A stretch of 35,278 nucleotides of DNA from Octopus bimaculoides (lineage: Eukaryota). The position numbers and the translations under genes were made by a program. The DNA lies in assembly GCF_001194135.2 (NCBI RefSeq), contig NC_069006.1, forward strand, positions 4,084,522 to 4,119,799, in the 5' to 3' direction. The notes beneath the pieces were generated by a model. It had not been told where the DNA came from. It made no database searches and saw only the letters and a list, made by a program, of their open reading frames with translations. Of this stretch, positions 12,600 to 24,739 are shown one piece after another (positions within the stretch are counted from its first letter, which is position 1; every line of letters begins with the position of its first letter).

Positions 12600-12900
12600 A
12601 TGCCACTGACATACCCTGCCCAGGGGACACAGTTGATCTGTCCAATAACACTATAAATTGGATTTTTCTATCTATGGAGGATTGTCCTACCAGGGCTTTA
12701 CTCATCCTACTATGGCTTTACTCTTGTTTGAAGCAGCAGCTGTGGGCTGGAAAAAGCCTTGTGACAGGCCCCTGCACCAGAGGGCTGGACATGACTTTAC
12801 ACCTCGGAGGATGCTGAGGAACTGGCATGGGACCACCAACAATGGAGAGCCCTGGTGGACCTGGTCGGTCCTATGCATGATGATGTCTTTGGGACCCCAC
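12600..12900 (+). mobile_element. Possible highly decayed RTE-type LINE 3' coding remnant
   Basis: ALLLFEAAAVGWKKPCDRPLHQR...WHGTTNNGEPWWT loosely fits the W..P.GRP..W / W...A.DR..WR tail. Confidence 0.3.
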
Positions 12901-13386
12901 TAACCTAGGATGAACCCAGCTCCTTCAAAGCAGAACATGAAGCAAAGCATATGTACAGAAGGGTTTTGCCCAGTAATGTCACAGATATGTTGGCAAAGTA
13001 TGGAAAAACTGCCCAGTAACACAAAGTTTCCCAGACTTCTAATATTCTGCCCTTCACTCACTACCCACGACGGCTACCCAACAATAACTCCCACCCAACC
13101 ATTAGAACCAGTGAGGCATGCAAACTGACCCCATCTGCCATCATCACTTCAGTCCCTTGAAACTTACCACTAAATACAGAATTGTTGGAGGGAGCTGGCT
13201 GGGTGCTGAGTCCATAGGGTTCACTTTTATTGCTTCCCTTGTTGGTATTGTTTGTCTCACCTGCTTGACCGAGCAGGTAGTCCTCTGGTGGGATCAACAG
13301 CTCACTGTTGGACTGCTGGTCACTCTGTAAACAAACAAACACACTGACGTCGTCATCATCATCAACATTACTCTATGAACACTATG

Positions 13387-13425
<39 letters not shown>

Positions 13426-13559
13426 TGATCAATATAATGTTGCAGAATATATGCCTTTTTTAAAATTGAAACTGGGAGTTTGTCTTGCAACTCAAGTTTC
13501 AGTTTCAATAGAAATAACTATATATATATATATATATATATGACAAGGCATAAAAAATA

Positions 13560-14650
13560 GTTATTACATATTTTTTTTCTTTTTTTGTAGTAAAGCTGAC
13601 TTACAGCTGTTTCGAGTAGTTAAATTTTCTGTGATAGGTTTTGAAAGATCACAGATATAAAAGCTTTAAAGGGTTTGTGGATATAAGAGTTTTAAAAGTT
13701 TAAGGTTTGTGGATATAGATGAAGGTATAAAAGTAGATAGTTAGAGAAATGGAAAGACAGATAGATAGATGGGTCCACAGGTAAATAGATAGACAAACAG
13801 ATAGATAGATTGATAGATAGATACATGTATCAACTTAAAGGATAAACATATTACAATGGATATTACAATGGATAATACCAAGTGGACTTCCCCTGTTTCT
13901 CTCTCTTTTTCTTTTTTCTTGGTGATTTCTTCTTTGTGATATAATCTTGGGAAAGAATATATTTGCGGCTGAATCTAGCTTTATACCATCCTGTCTATCA
14001 ATTATATACTCATATAATGATGCAATGACTGTTTGTGTATAAAGCTTGAAACACGTGTACCGCGGAATCCTTTGTGTCCTGTTTTAATTTATTCTTTCAC
14101 CTTGGCTACTATCTGGCATATACAGGTGCTTACAATTATCAAGTATTACCCTAAAATTTGCTTTACCTAGAGAGATGGATAGGTAGATGGATTGATAGAT
14201 AGCTTGGTAGGTACAAAGAGGGATAGATAGTTTAAACTACATGTGGTGTGTAACCTGAAATGAACCTTGTTAAGGGGTGATGTAGCTTATTTAGTTAACA
14301 TTTTTGAACACCTTGGGTTCTTCAATCCTTTAATCCTTATTCTTCACTCTTGGAGAATAAGGTGGTTAGTTTTTCACTCTTTCACAATTAAAGATCCTGG
14401 AAGAAGTAGAGATGCTCCCACACACCCAGCTCATTACTGCAGTTCTGGTTAAATGCTTGTTTCTTAATAAAGTGTGCTTCTGTTATCCTGAGGCTAACTG
14501 CATCCTTCCCCCTTGCAAGTATGTGGGTGGAGAAAGCCCCATCACAGAAAGTTTGGTACCTTATATAGGTGTCTCCCATTTGATCCCACGTATGCTGCCT
14601 CACAGCAGCACATTATCAGATTCCTCACACTGGATTTAAAACATAGGTGC
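13560..14650 (-). mobile_element. Degenerate Penelope-like element 3' region (GIY-YIG remnant)
   Basis: Minus frames read RNLIMCCCEAAYVGSNGRHLYK and, after a frameshift or deletion, ILARGKDAVSLRITEAHFIKK..FNQ. These fit the PLE GIY-YIG YxGxTxRxL and C-terminal LxIxEAxxIK motifs. GAAACAGCTGTA lies downstream at 13613-13602. Confidence 0.55.
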
Positions 14651-15907
14651 ATGCTGTCCATTGGTTGAATTGTTTTGATTGGACAGTGGTTTAGGCAGCA
14701 TGCGTCTGGTGTGTTGTTGGTGTGTACGAGGTGATGTTTGAGGATGTGACCCTGTCTTGTGACTCTTATGCCTGACGCTGTGTTTTTAACTGGTTCTCTA
14801 CTGTTTCCCCATAGAATGGAAGGTTGATGTGTACCAGGCTTTTTTTAGTTTCCATCAATCAAATCCACTCACAAGGCAGTGGTTGGACTGGGGCTGTAGA
14901 AAAAAGACACTTGCCCAAAGTTCCACACAGCTGGATTGAACCCAGAACCAAGTAGTTGGGAGACAAACTTCTCACTGCACAGCCATGGCTGCACTTATAG
15001 ATATTTTTGACATGAAGTTCTGTTAACAGATGTTTACAAAATAATTTTCTTCATGAATATTTCAGATGTGTATACAAGGAAAAGTATTACAATAACAAGT
15101 AATTAATATTCATTAAGTTAATTAATATTCATGAGGTTTTGACAATAACTCTAATAGAAGCAATGACTGACAAACTGAGACTGTGTTTAGTTATGTATAT
15201 ATCATGCTATTTTATGTTTGATTTTAAATGAAAAATACAAAAAACTGGGGTGTGATGTAAACACAAGGTAAAGCTAAAACTATGAAGGGAAAAAAAATTG
15301 TACCGAGATTTAATATGACTTATGCACAAGTGTGACTCAAGCAGAAGTGCAGCTTAGACTCGAGTGTGAATTATATGTGAGTAAATATGGTAAACTGAAG
15401 AGAACCAATATCTAGAAACCAGGGGCACTAGCATGTTTGGAGGAGTGATATTGGGGGAAGATTGGAAAGCATGGAATTCTTGAAGGGAACTGTGTTCTGA
15501 TAGCCAAGAAAAAAAAACAACAACAAAAAAACAAAACAAAACAAAAACTAATGAGAAATATATAAAAAAAAATAAAAGGCTTGTCAGATCATATCCTGGG
15601 CCCAGTAGACGAAATAGAAAAGTGTTGTCCTGGAAGTCAGCGAGGGAGATGTGCTGGAACAGCCACTCACGGGGGGGGNNNNNNNNNNNNNNNNNNNNNN
15701 NNNNNNNNNNNNNNNNNNNNNNNNNNNNNNNNNNNNNNNNNNNNNNNNNNNNNNNNNNNNNNNNNNNNNNNNNNNNNNNNNNNNNNNNNNNNNNNNNNNN
15801 NNNNNNNNNNNNNNNNNNNNNNNNNNNNNNNNNNNNNNNNNNNNNNNNNNNNNNNNNNNNNNNNNNNNNNNNNNNNNNNNNNNNNNNNNNNNNNNNNNNN
15901 NNNNNNN

Positions 15908-15965
<58 letters not shown>

Positions 15966-16113
15966 GGCGGAAAAGGAAGAGATACAAAAATGAGGAAGAT
16001 AGAGAGGAAGACAGAGAGGTAAGACGAGAAAGAACGAAGAGGAGAGACGGAAGAGACTTTTTTTTTCCTACTCTAGGCACAAGGCCCGAAATTTTTGGGG
16101 AGGGGGCCAGTTG

Positions 16114-17218
16114 GGTACTACTCAAGCAGAGCGGACCCGAACGCGCAGTCGAGCGTCCGCGCTAGCTAGTTGTGAGTGGTCGATCCTACGAGAAGTGCGC
16201 GCGCGCGCGCAAATGAACACATGTGTGCGCGTGCGCGCGTATGCAAATTAGTAAATAATTTCTTTTAAACAAAGTAAATAATTTTTAAAAAATTACTTTT
16301 TTCTTTTCTAAACAACGTAGATAGGTAGAAGGAATAAAAATAACACTATCTGTTTTTGTTAACTTCATACATTTTATTTCTTTTAATTAAATTTTGTGAA
16401 CAAAATAATTTTTATTTTCTAAACAACGTAAATAAATTTTAAAAAAGGTGCACATTGGGATTAGACACTGAGGGAAACTTGTGTGATAGGCTTTTACGAT
16501 GTCACTCAGAAAAAGGGCTACCNNNNNNNNNNNNNNNNNNNNNNNNNNNNNNNNNNNNNNNNNNNNNNNNNNNNNNNNNNNNNNNNNNNNNNNNNNNNNN
16601 NNNNNNNNNNNNNNNNNNNNNNNNNNNNNNNNNNNNNNNNNNNNNNNNNNNNNNNNNNNNNNNNNNNNNNNNNNNNNNNNNNNNNNNNNNNNNNNNNNNN
16701 NNNNNNNNNNNNNNNNNNNNNNNNNNNNNNNNNNNNNNNNNNNNNNNNNNNNNNNNNNNNNNNNNNNNNNNNNNNNNNNNNNNNNNNNNNNNNNNNNNNN
16801 NNNNNNNNNNNNNNNNNNNNNNNNNNNNNNNNNNNNNNNNNNNNNNNNNNNNNNNNNNNNNNNNNNNNNNNNNNNNNNNNNNNNNNNNNNNNNNNNNNNN
16901 NNNNNNNNNNNNNNNNNNNNNNNNNNNNNNNNNNNNNNNNNNNNNNNNNNNNNNNNNNNNNNNNNNNNNNNNNNNNNNNNNNNNNNNNNNNNNNNNNNNN
17001 NNNNNNNNNNNNNNNNNNNNNNNNNNNNNNNNNNNNNNNNNNNNNNNCAAGCAGAGCGGACCCGAACGCGCAGTCGAGCGTCCGCGCTAGCTAGTTGTGA
17101 GTGGTCGATCCTACGAGAAGTGCGCGCGCGCGCGCACTTCTCGTAGGATCGACCACTCACAACTAGCTAGCGCGGACGCTCGACTGCGCGTTCGGGTCCG
17201 CTCTGCTTGAGTAGTACC
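16114..17218. mobile_element. Non-autonomous Mutator/MULE-like DNA transposon with long TIRs and a 9-bp TSD
   Basis: Ends GGTACTACTCAAGCAGAGCGG... and ...CCGCTCTGCTTGAGTAGTACC form a roughly 95-bp perfect TIR. GGCCAGTTG is duplicated at 16105-16113 and 17219-17227. The element interrupts a SINE and its interior is partly gap. Confidence 0.8.
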
Positions 17219-17388
17219 GGCCAGTTGATTGCATCGACCCCAGTGTTTCACTGGTACTTAATTTATCGACGCCGAAAGGATGAAAGGCAAAGTCGACCTC
17301 GGCGGAATTTGAACCCAGAACATAAAGACAGACGAAATACCGGTAAGCATTTCGCCCGGCGTGCTAACGTTTCTGCCAACTCACCGCC
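17219..17388 (-). mobile_element. tRNA-derived SINE family C (5' part; the 3' part is at 16071-16113)
   Basis: B-box-like GGTTCAAATTCC and shared body gtcgactttgcctttcatcctttcgg. Degenerate copies at about 345-420, 4450-4570, 4600-4740, 23325-23415, 23910-24060, 24310-24420, 26230-26320, 33010-33120 and 33650-33700. Confidence 0.8.
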
Positions 17389-17646
17389 TCAAACGGAAGA
17401 GACATCAAATGAGAAACAAATAAAACGAGAGAGAGAGGGAGAGGTAAGGGAAACAGAGAGAGAGAGAGAGAGGGAGAGAGATAGGGAGAGGTAAGGGAAA
17501 CGGAGAGAGAGGTGGAAAGAGAGACGGAAAAGGAAGAAAAAGAGAAACAGTAAAAGGGAAAAAAATGAAAAGAGAGAGAAAGCGATAGAGGGAGAGAGAG
17601 ATATATTATGAAACTGAAAGGGAAGAAAAATGGAGAGTACCATTAC

Positions 17647-17665
17647 CTTTTTGTTTTCCATTCAT
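17647..17665 (-). CDS. Tentative first coding exon of the CDF/MTP-like gene (MNGKQK + 1 nt)
   Basis: Reads ATG AAT GGA AAA CAA AAA G|GTAATG. The phase-1 donor fits the phase-1 acceptor at 11059 (G+AG = Glu). It lies in CpG-retaining sequence. There is no homology support for such a short peptide. Confidence 0.45.
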
Positions 17666-18574
17666 GAAAATTGAAGAAAAAATTAGAAATAATAATAACG
17701 GTTCGGATGGCAAAACGGGTCGATGTCGTCTGGAGGGAAACAGCAGCAGCTGTTCTCTTTTCGAAACTTTGGCATAAATTAACAGCTCGCTTTTAAATAT
17801 CTCGACACATAATTTCCCCTTATGTAAGAAAAAACGAAAGCCTTCAAATGGCTCCTGTAGAAGAGTTGCAGAAGGAAGAATTGTCTTCCCAATGACAGCG
17901 TTTTTTGATTCACGTTTGTTGTTACAATTATTGTTGTTGGAATTGCAATTGGCGTTGTTATTATTAACGAAGTTTTTAATGTGTATGTAACTGACAGTTG
18001 CTTCTGATGGGACCCCGTGGAGGAGCTATCAGACGATTCTACCCCAACGACCAAGAAGACGAATGGATGACATTATATTTATTACTAAAAGTATGGTGAA
18101 GCTTCAATGTCTCCTCACCACCAAACTCCTTCACGTTCTACCTCAGTTTGTGGCACCTTTTTCTTCTTTAATCTCTCCTCTTCCTAGATGTCCTTACTCA
18201 AAGTCTCTTCTCTCCCCCATCGTCCCGCTTAATGTAGGATTCATCTACTTCACTTCTCTTATTTTAAGCATTTTCTCCTCTCACCCAATAAATTCGATGT
18301 TTTAACCGTCTCTTTGGATTTGTCGCTCTTTGTTTTTCTTTTCTACGTTTTTCCTTTTGTCGACCACCTCAATCGTTTCTACCTTCGCTTTTTAGATTTT
18401 ACTCACTCCGTATGTTCCATGCATCTTCTCTCGACAACATCACCTCTCATCGTTTACACTTTATCCTTACTTGCTCTGTAAGCTTTCGATGTATTGTTTC
18501 TTTCACTTTACTCCCTGTCCTCCCTATAGTTCTTACTGCCACTCATATGTTTCACCTCTCACGATAAATCTTGC

Positions 18575-18586
18575 CTTTTATAAATA
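18575..18586. promoter_or_regulatory. Overlapping TATA-like boxes; candidate promoter of the CDF gene
   Basis: TATAAAAG on minus (18582-18575) overlaps TATAAATA on plus (18579-18586), about 0.9 kb upstream of the candidate ATG. Donor-like GTAAG sites follow on the minus strand. Confidence 0.3.
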
Positions 18587-19152
18587 GAGAGAAAGCGAGA
18601 AGCAAGACCAACAACAGCGCCGGCCTCCAACAAGGATCGATAAGACCATCTGTGGCAGAGCATAAACAAAACAACAACTATTAGAGAATAATTGTTCAGC
18701 CTTCCCCTTCTCCCTCCATGTTTAGATACATCGAATGTATTGTTATTTGTAACAGTCACCAGGTGTTACCCACATTTTGTAAGTTCGATTCCATATAGTG
18801 TCCATAGTCTTTTCTTCCCTTCCTCAAACAGTTGCTTTCTCAGAGTAAAAATAAAGAAACTCAAAACTGAATAAAAGTACATCGATGTAGAGATTTTGTT
18901 TTCTTTTGTTAATTTTGACTTTACGTGGACAGGAAATTATTCTCAGTGTCGGGACTTAGCTCAGCTCTACTTACAACAGAGTGGATTTCGCTAAAATCGC
19001 CCACGGGCCAAATAGTTGGATTCAACGGGCGCTGGATTATATTTGCTGCCCGATTACAGGTTACAATCAAAATTTAATATATAAATGCAAGTTTTAAATA
19101 GTAGGACCTCTCAGAGCGGACTTCCTGAACATCTGCCCTTTAACTCCATCGA

Positions 19153-19301
19153 CAGGTCCAATTTAAGGATTTGGCGCACAGGGCAGTTGTCCAAGGGCCC
19201 CTAATTCTAATCTGTGTATGCTTTGGCTTGTTGTCAACAGATACTACAGGGCCCAGGGCATTCATTTGCTTGGTGGCTTAAAAAGTTGTTCGGACAACCC
19301 T
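19153..19301. mobile_element. Possible hAT-type MITE remnant
   Basis: CAGGTCCAATTTAAGG... and ...CGGACAACCCT termini, with internal GGGCCC motifs like the CAGGGCCG-type hAT ends. No clean TSD. Confidence 0.3.
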
Positions 19302-21315
19302 ACCCGTTGGACCAAAACGGGGCGGCAAAACTTGAAGCCTCTCTTCACTGATCTCTTACGCAATCCTTAAAAAATCTATTCCCTTCCTTTGCAACTTGCA
19401 CAGGAAAGCAGATTTTGACATCAATACTTTAAAACAGCCTTGAAATTTAAACCGTTTGAAATAAAGTAAATATACTGCATGGTACAGGTGTGGCGGAAAA
19501 CCCTCTCATATTTTACACGGCCATTGGTGAGGCGCCAGTTAAGTTAGACAAATGATAGCGTCTTTATGTAGCTAATATTTCACCCCCCACACCAGTTACG
19601 ATCATGGCTTGAACAGATGCACACCGTGCATTATTTGTAGAAATTTCTGTGAAGAATGGTGAACCTATAAATTTTGCCGAATCCTGTACCTATGGAAAGA
19701 GCCATTTGAGTCAAGGGTATCAGGCAATGACGTCGCAAATAAGGGAGCAACCGCCTCACCCTCCCCAAGCACATTTTTCAAAATTGGCGCTATTCCAACA
19801 ATTAAAAAAAACTCTTTAGTTACCAATATCAATAGTTGAGGTTTCATACATAACGTTACTGAAACGTGAAATTAATGAATGTAGACTACAATTACGTATA
19901 TAACTAATGAAATATTTCACGTAACATAAGAGAAATGAGTTTTAAATTGTTCGGTATGTGTCACGGCGCCTTTTTTTTTTCCTTTTTATTATTTTGTGTT
20001 CACTCCCCCAACTTTCGAACTTGGCTACACCTCCGATATCAGGTATACTGATTCAACAATTCACCTGCGCTAGTCTCCCTTACTGCGGTAGCCTCCCTTA
20101 CTTTGCCAGAGCGAACATTTGTTCGTTCTGTTTTAGAATACAGAACTAAAAAAGGTCGACTGTTCTTTTTTTTTTTTTTGCCTCATTGCTATAGTGCCGT
20201 GTCCCCACAGCCCAAGGCATCTATCACAAGTGTTTTATCCTTTCGTAGAAACAAAGAACAACAAAAAACAAGTAGTATACATGACCCTTTAAGAGTATTG
20301 GAAGGGAACGAAGGTATGCGGTCCCATCCCGAATGCCCTAATTTGCCTCCCTTAGATTATTACCGCGAGGAGACGTGATGGAAGCGAGCTTGTGTATGCA
20401 TTCGGGACAGGACCTCACACCCTCTGCCAAAGACAACCAAGGTAACACGTGACGGTATCTTGGGTGGTAAAGTTAACCGAACAACTGGTTAAGTCAACTA
20501 TCCCACATAGGCCATGGCTGCTTCTGACTGAAACCGAATATATATCGACCCCGAAAAGATGAACGGTAAAATTGACGTGGGTAGGGTTTAAATGCTCTCA
20601 AGATTCTGGCAGTTCAGCATACTTGAATATAACACTAATAAGTTGTTTACCAATATTTCGTTGGCGTTTCATTCCTCTGTGAAGGCGTCTGTCCCAGTAG
20701 TTTGGGTTGTTGCACGCACGATCTTGTGATTTCGAATCCCGGATTTGGTGGGTGTTGTTCTCTTCAGTAAAACACTCCATTTCAAGTTGTTCCAGTTCAG
20801 TCAGCCGTAAATGAGGAACTGCGATGGACTGATATCCTATTCATGGAAGTATTTTGAGATCTCGGTCACTTATCTGGATAATTGACCCTATGGATCCCAA
20901 GACTAGAGACAGTACTATCCAGGACTTTTGTTTATTTTTAACCCAAAGAGGGGGGGGGAAACAAAACAAAAAAAAAACTGGAAGGCGAAAGAAAAGGTAC
21001 TTTCAAGAAGTCAACACTGAGAAGAGACATGCCAGCAGTCGAGGTCATAGTTGCCTCCCTTAGATTATTTCGGCGAGCTTGTGGAATCGAACCAACTCGA
21101 AAATGTCTGAATTCTTGCAATCAAATATCAGATTTGATACTTTCTCTTCAGTTGGTCCAGCAAAACACTGGAATCACCTATTCTACAAAAACTATAATTA
21201 AAAATTTTTTCTCCACAAGAGTNNNNNNNNNNNNNNNNNNNNNNNNNNNNNNNNNNNNNNNNNNNNNNNNNNNNNNNNNNNNNNNNNNNNNNNNNNNNNN
21301 NNNNNNNNNNNNNNG

Positions 21316-21660
21316 GTGAATTGGGAATCCACAATAGTACTTTAAGGGTCCATATAAAACTTAATTCAAATGCCTGTTGCAAGAAAGTCAGGGTGTGGCA
21401 GTTAATGCGGACAATGAAGGAACACCCAGGAGATGCTATCTTCAATCCGGATTCAAAGTGAACCAGCCAGTAGGAGACCTTGGGGGGGGGGGGGAGACAA
21501 AGAACAGAATGGCTGGATAATTAACATTCACAGTGAGTGTTGGTCACACCTGAAAATCCATCAGGTAAGTCTGATGACCGTGGCTTCTGACAGGACCCTA
21601 TGGAGGAAGTAATCGAGGATTCTACACCCAGGAATAGTGGGTACAGAAGATGAATGAATG
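21316..21660 (+). mobile_element. Decayed LINE 3' end, related to 28380-28820
   Basis: Shares ...ggataat..cacagt...ttgg.ca.ac...ctgacaggaccc.ggaggaagt...ccaggaatag with 28420-28570 and 28660-28820. Confidence 0.5.
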
Positions 21661-22726
21661 TGCTGGTTGCTAAAGAGACAAACTAAAAACAAAAGAAAGA
21701 GCAATGTGTAAATTTATATGAAAATAATTTATTACAGCAATCAATAGGATAACTTGTTACGATGTGTACCCATTTCAAAAGGAAGGGCAGTTTATGAAAA
21801 AGAAACAATGCTAATATTGTTATTTATTTCAATGAAATAAAGTTGTATTCATCTGGGAAAAACAAACAACCCTTTTACTGTGGAAATCAGATATATCCAT
21901 TCAAAATTTCCTTCTTAACTGGAGAAATTAGTTTTATACAGCTGTCAATTTTTTTGTTGAGGAATGTCATATTTGAAACTTTTTATTGAAATACAATTTT
22001 ATTGAGGCAATGCGACTTGCAGAAAATTACCAATCCTATTTTTTGGTAGATATGCAACATCATTACTGAAATAACTATGAAAAATAATTTCGCATTTAAA
22101 GGGTTATACAAATAAACAATAACAATATGCAAACTACCCGTGTCTTATTTTTTCACATTTGTATTGTTTCATTCATTATTTTCTTCAATTAAATTTTTTA
22201 TTCTCTCCATCATTAAATTAATAAATTCGTAGCATAACTCAAACAATTAGTCTGTTATCTCACTATAAAGATCATCACCTTGCTCTCAAGTCCATTGCCT
22301 CACACTCAGTACATCACACCTCACTGTAAGGTCATTGTCTCAATGTAAGGTGACTAATAAACTCACGACAAAGCTGTTATACAGCTTTGTCAAATCCTTC
22401 ATATGCAGAACATTTTATGCTCATGTTATATGTAAAGCTTTACCATTTTTATGTGGCAAGAATATCATTTTTACAATAGTGGCTCAGGAAATGAGATTAA
22501 TGGTTTAGATATAATTTATCATTAACTCATTAATTTTAATATTTCTAACAGCACTACATGATTTTCCATTTTTTTTAGCTAGATTTTATTCAAGATTTAA
22601 TTATTGAAGATGTTGAGAACAGATAAATTGACCAATCAGAAAATTTGTACGATTCACATCTAATCCCAGACACCATTGACATAAATCACTTGCTTCACTT
22701 TTTCCATATATTTTTCTTCCTTTTTT

Positions 22727-23124
22727 TCATTCACAAAACGTCCGATAAGCATTGACTACATTGTTCCAACTTTCATCTAATTCATCGTGAATCGTCCTCG
22801 TGTTACCATAGCATCTGCGTAACAAGTTTAAGTTCTGTACGCAGTTGTGTAAGGACACTGGTTCCTGTGACGGCCCCAAATCTGCATTCATTATGTTTTT
22901 CCTTAATGTAACTTCTTCCTGGAAGAGTTCCACCAACGACCGATTTACTGATGTGCATTTACTTTGAATTTCCTTCATCAACTGATTGAAATTGTTAAAT
23001 TGTCTTAAGCTTGGAATTAATAACTTAATTGCCATTTCACCAAATTTGGAAGTCAACTCCTCTTCATCAAATGATATCAACATGCAATACTTGTGGGTTC
23101 GAGCCAAGTTAACACGAGTTTTCC
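22727..23124 (-). CDS. Terminal coding exon of unrecognised gene 2 (KTRVNLARTHKYCML...VNAYRTFCE*)
   Basis: Acceptor TTTTACAG at 23125, phase 1; 131 sense codons then TGA. Followed by an AT-rich putative 3' UTR with several minus-strand AATAAA (e.g. 21823-21828, 21728-21733). Confidence 0.85.
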
Positions 23125-23418
23125 CTGTAAAACAGAATAAAACTGTGGTTTATATATTTTTTATCCCTCTTTCAGGCTCCACCCCATTCTTATAATTCTA
23201 GCTCCAAGTCAAACTATTTAAAGAATAAAGAAATAAACAAAAGACCCCTAATCACAATTAATTAAAACAAGAAAAATCAAACGAGCCCAATAGTTATCAG
23301 GATGCAGGATTGTACAATTCTAATTCTGGTTCAAGGCCTTCAATTTGAAGGGGAGGGTCAAGTCAGCTTTATTTACCCCACTACTGGACAGGCATTTTAT
23401 TTTACCAACCCCTAAAGG

Positions 23419-23900
23419 TAGGGCTGGATTAAGATCCATAAAGGCCCTAAGCTCTTAAAAAGATCTTGGTGCCCCTCATATATATGTAATTCAAAGTATA
23501 AATAATAAACTATAAACTTTTACTTTTTAAAATGAAACAAAACTAACAATAAGATGGAAAACAATGTTTGTTGTATGCATCAACTTCATTTATATTTGAA
23601 AAGGATATCTACTTTTCTCTTTGCAAAATCTGATCAGATTCTCAAAATTAATCTACATCTGCTTCTATACTTAAGGCGACAAGGCCTCCCAGATCTTATT
23701 TTAACAAGTCTAAAGTGATTTCTTTTGTGTTGTAAATCATCTACCATTTCTGAGGTACCCGCCTCCCTTACTGTCCTAAACATTGGCTTATTTTGCATAA
23801 TGTTTAATTCAGTGCTGCTCAAAGGAACAAAAGAATTTTGTCCGATGTGCTAACATTTCTGTCAGCTCATCATGTTTCAAATTGTTACACAAGATCAGCA
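23419..23900 (-). mobile_element. hAT transposon 3' remnant (dimerisation-domain C-terminus plus terminus)
   Basis: Minus frames LGGLVALSIEAD and INFENLIRFCKEKSR match the hAT C-terminal LxGLAxLSIE / IDFDDLIxxFA pattern. Terminus AGGGCTGGATTAAG at 23420. Confidence 0.5.
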
Positions 23901-24739
23901 GTCTTAGGGTGTGGGTCAACTTGATTGTATCAATCTCAGGACTTGATTAATAACTTTATTTTCTCCAAAATGATCGAAGACGAATTTGGCTGGATTTGAA
24001 CTCAGAATGTAAAGCATCAGAAATGCTGAAAATGTGCAAATAATTGTCCCAGCTCACCACCTAAACCATTTAGCATTTAAATCAACCATATCCAGTCAAA
24101 ATATTCTACATGTTTTATGTTCAAGGTGACCAGATCTGGCCTCTCACAAACCCTACAATGTCATTAAAAAAAACAATAAACAGCTACCTCATCAAAATCT
24201 CAAAGCTACGAAATAATCATGTTAATAACATTAATTCAAAGTGAATAAATAAGCATTACATTTGACAGAAGAATCTGAATGCTAAAAGATTGATAATAAT
24301 TTCAAATTTTAGCACAAGGCCAGCAATTTTAAGGAGTGGATCGAGTATTGTACCGAACACAATACTCGACAGGTTATTTCATTGATCCTGAAAGGAAGTT
24401 AACATCAGCGCAATCTAAAATCAGATGAAATGCTTCAGGTCTTTCCTTTTGATTCTTTATTCCAACGATTTTGCCATCTTGCCTCATTCACCTGCCTCTA
24501 TATAATGTGGAGTAGCCATGGACCTCCTATACAAAACAAACTTATTCCTGTCTCTTGTATCATACCTCTCAACCAACAAGGCATGTAGCTTAGTGGTTAG
24601 GGTATTTGGCTCAAGTCACGAGTTCAATTCCTAGTAATGCATTGTGTCCTCAAGCAAGATTTTAGTAGGATTTGACCTCAGATTGTAAAGAAACAGAAGA
24701 AATGCTGCTCAGCATACCTGTCAGGTGTGTTAACAATTC

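Noticed and set aside
14010-14062. GAAACACGTGTA with upstream TAATGATG, resembling a hammerhead
   Set aside because: The CUGANGA core and stems I and II are not convincingly present.
17389-17661. ORF MENKKVMV... as the CDF start
   Set aside because: It uses the same donor in phase 0, incompatible with the phase-1 acceptor at 11059. The rest is translated (CT)n sequence.
21560-21600. CTGATGA motif
   Set aside because: No stem II or GAAA follows, and it lies within a LINE tail.
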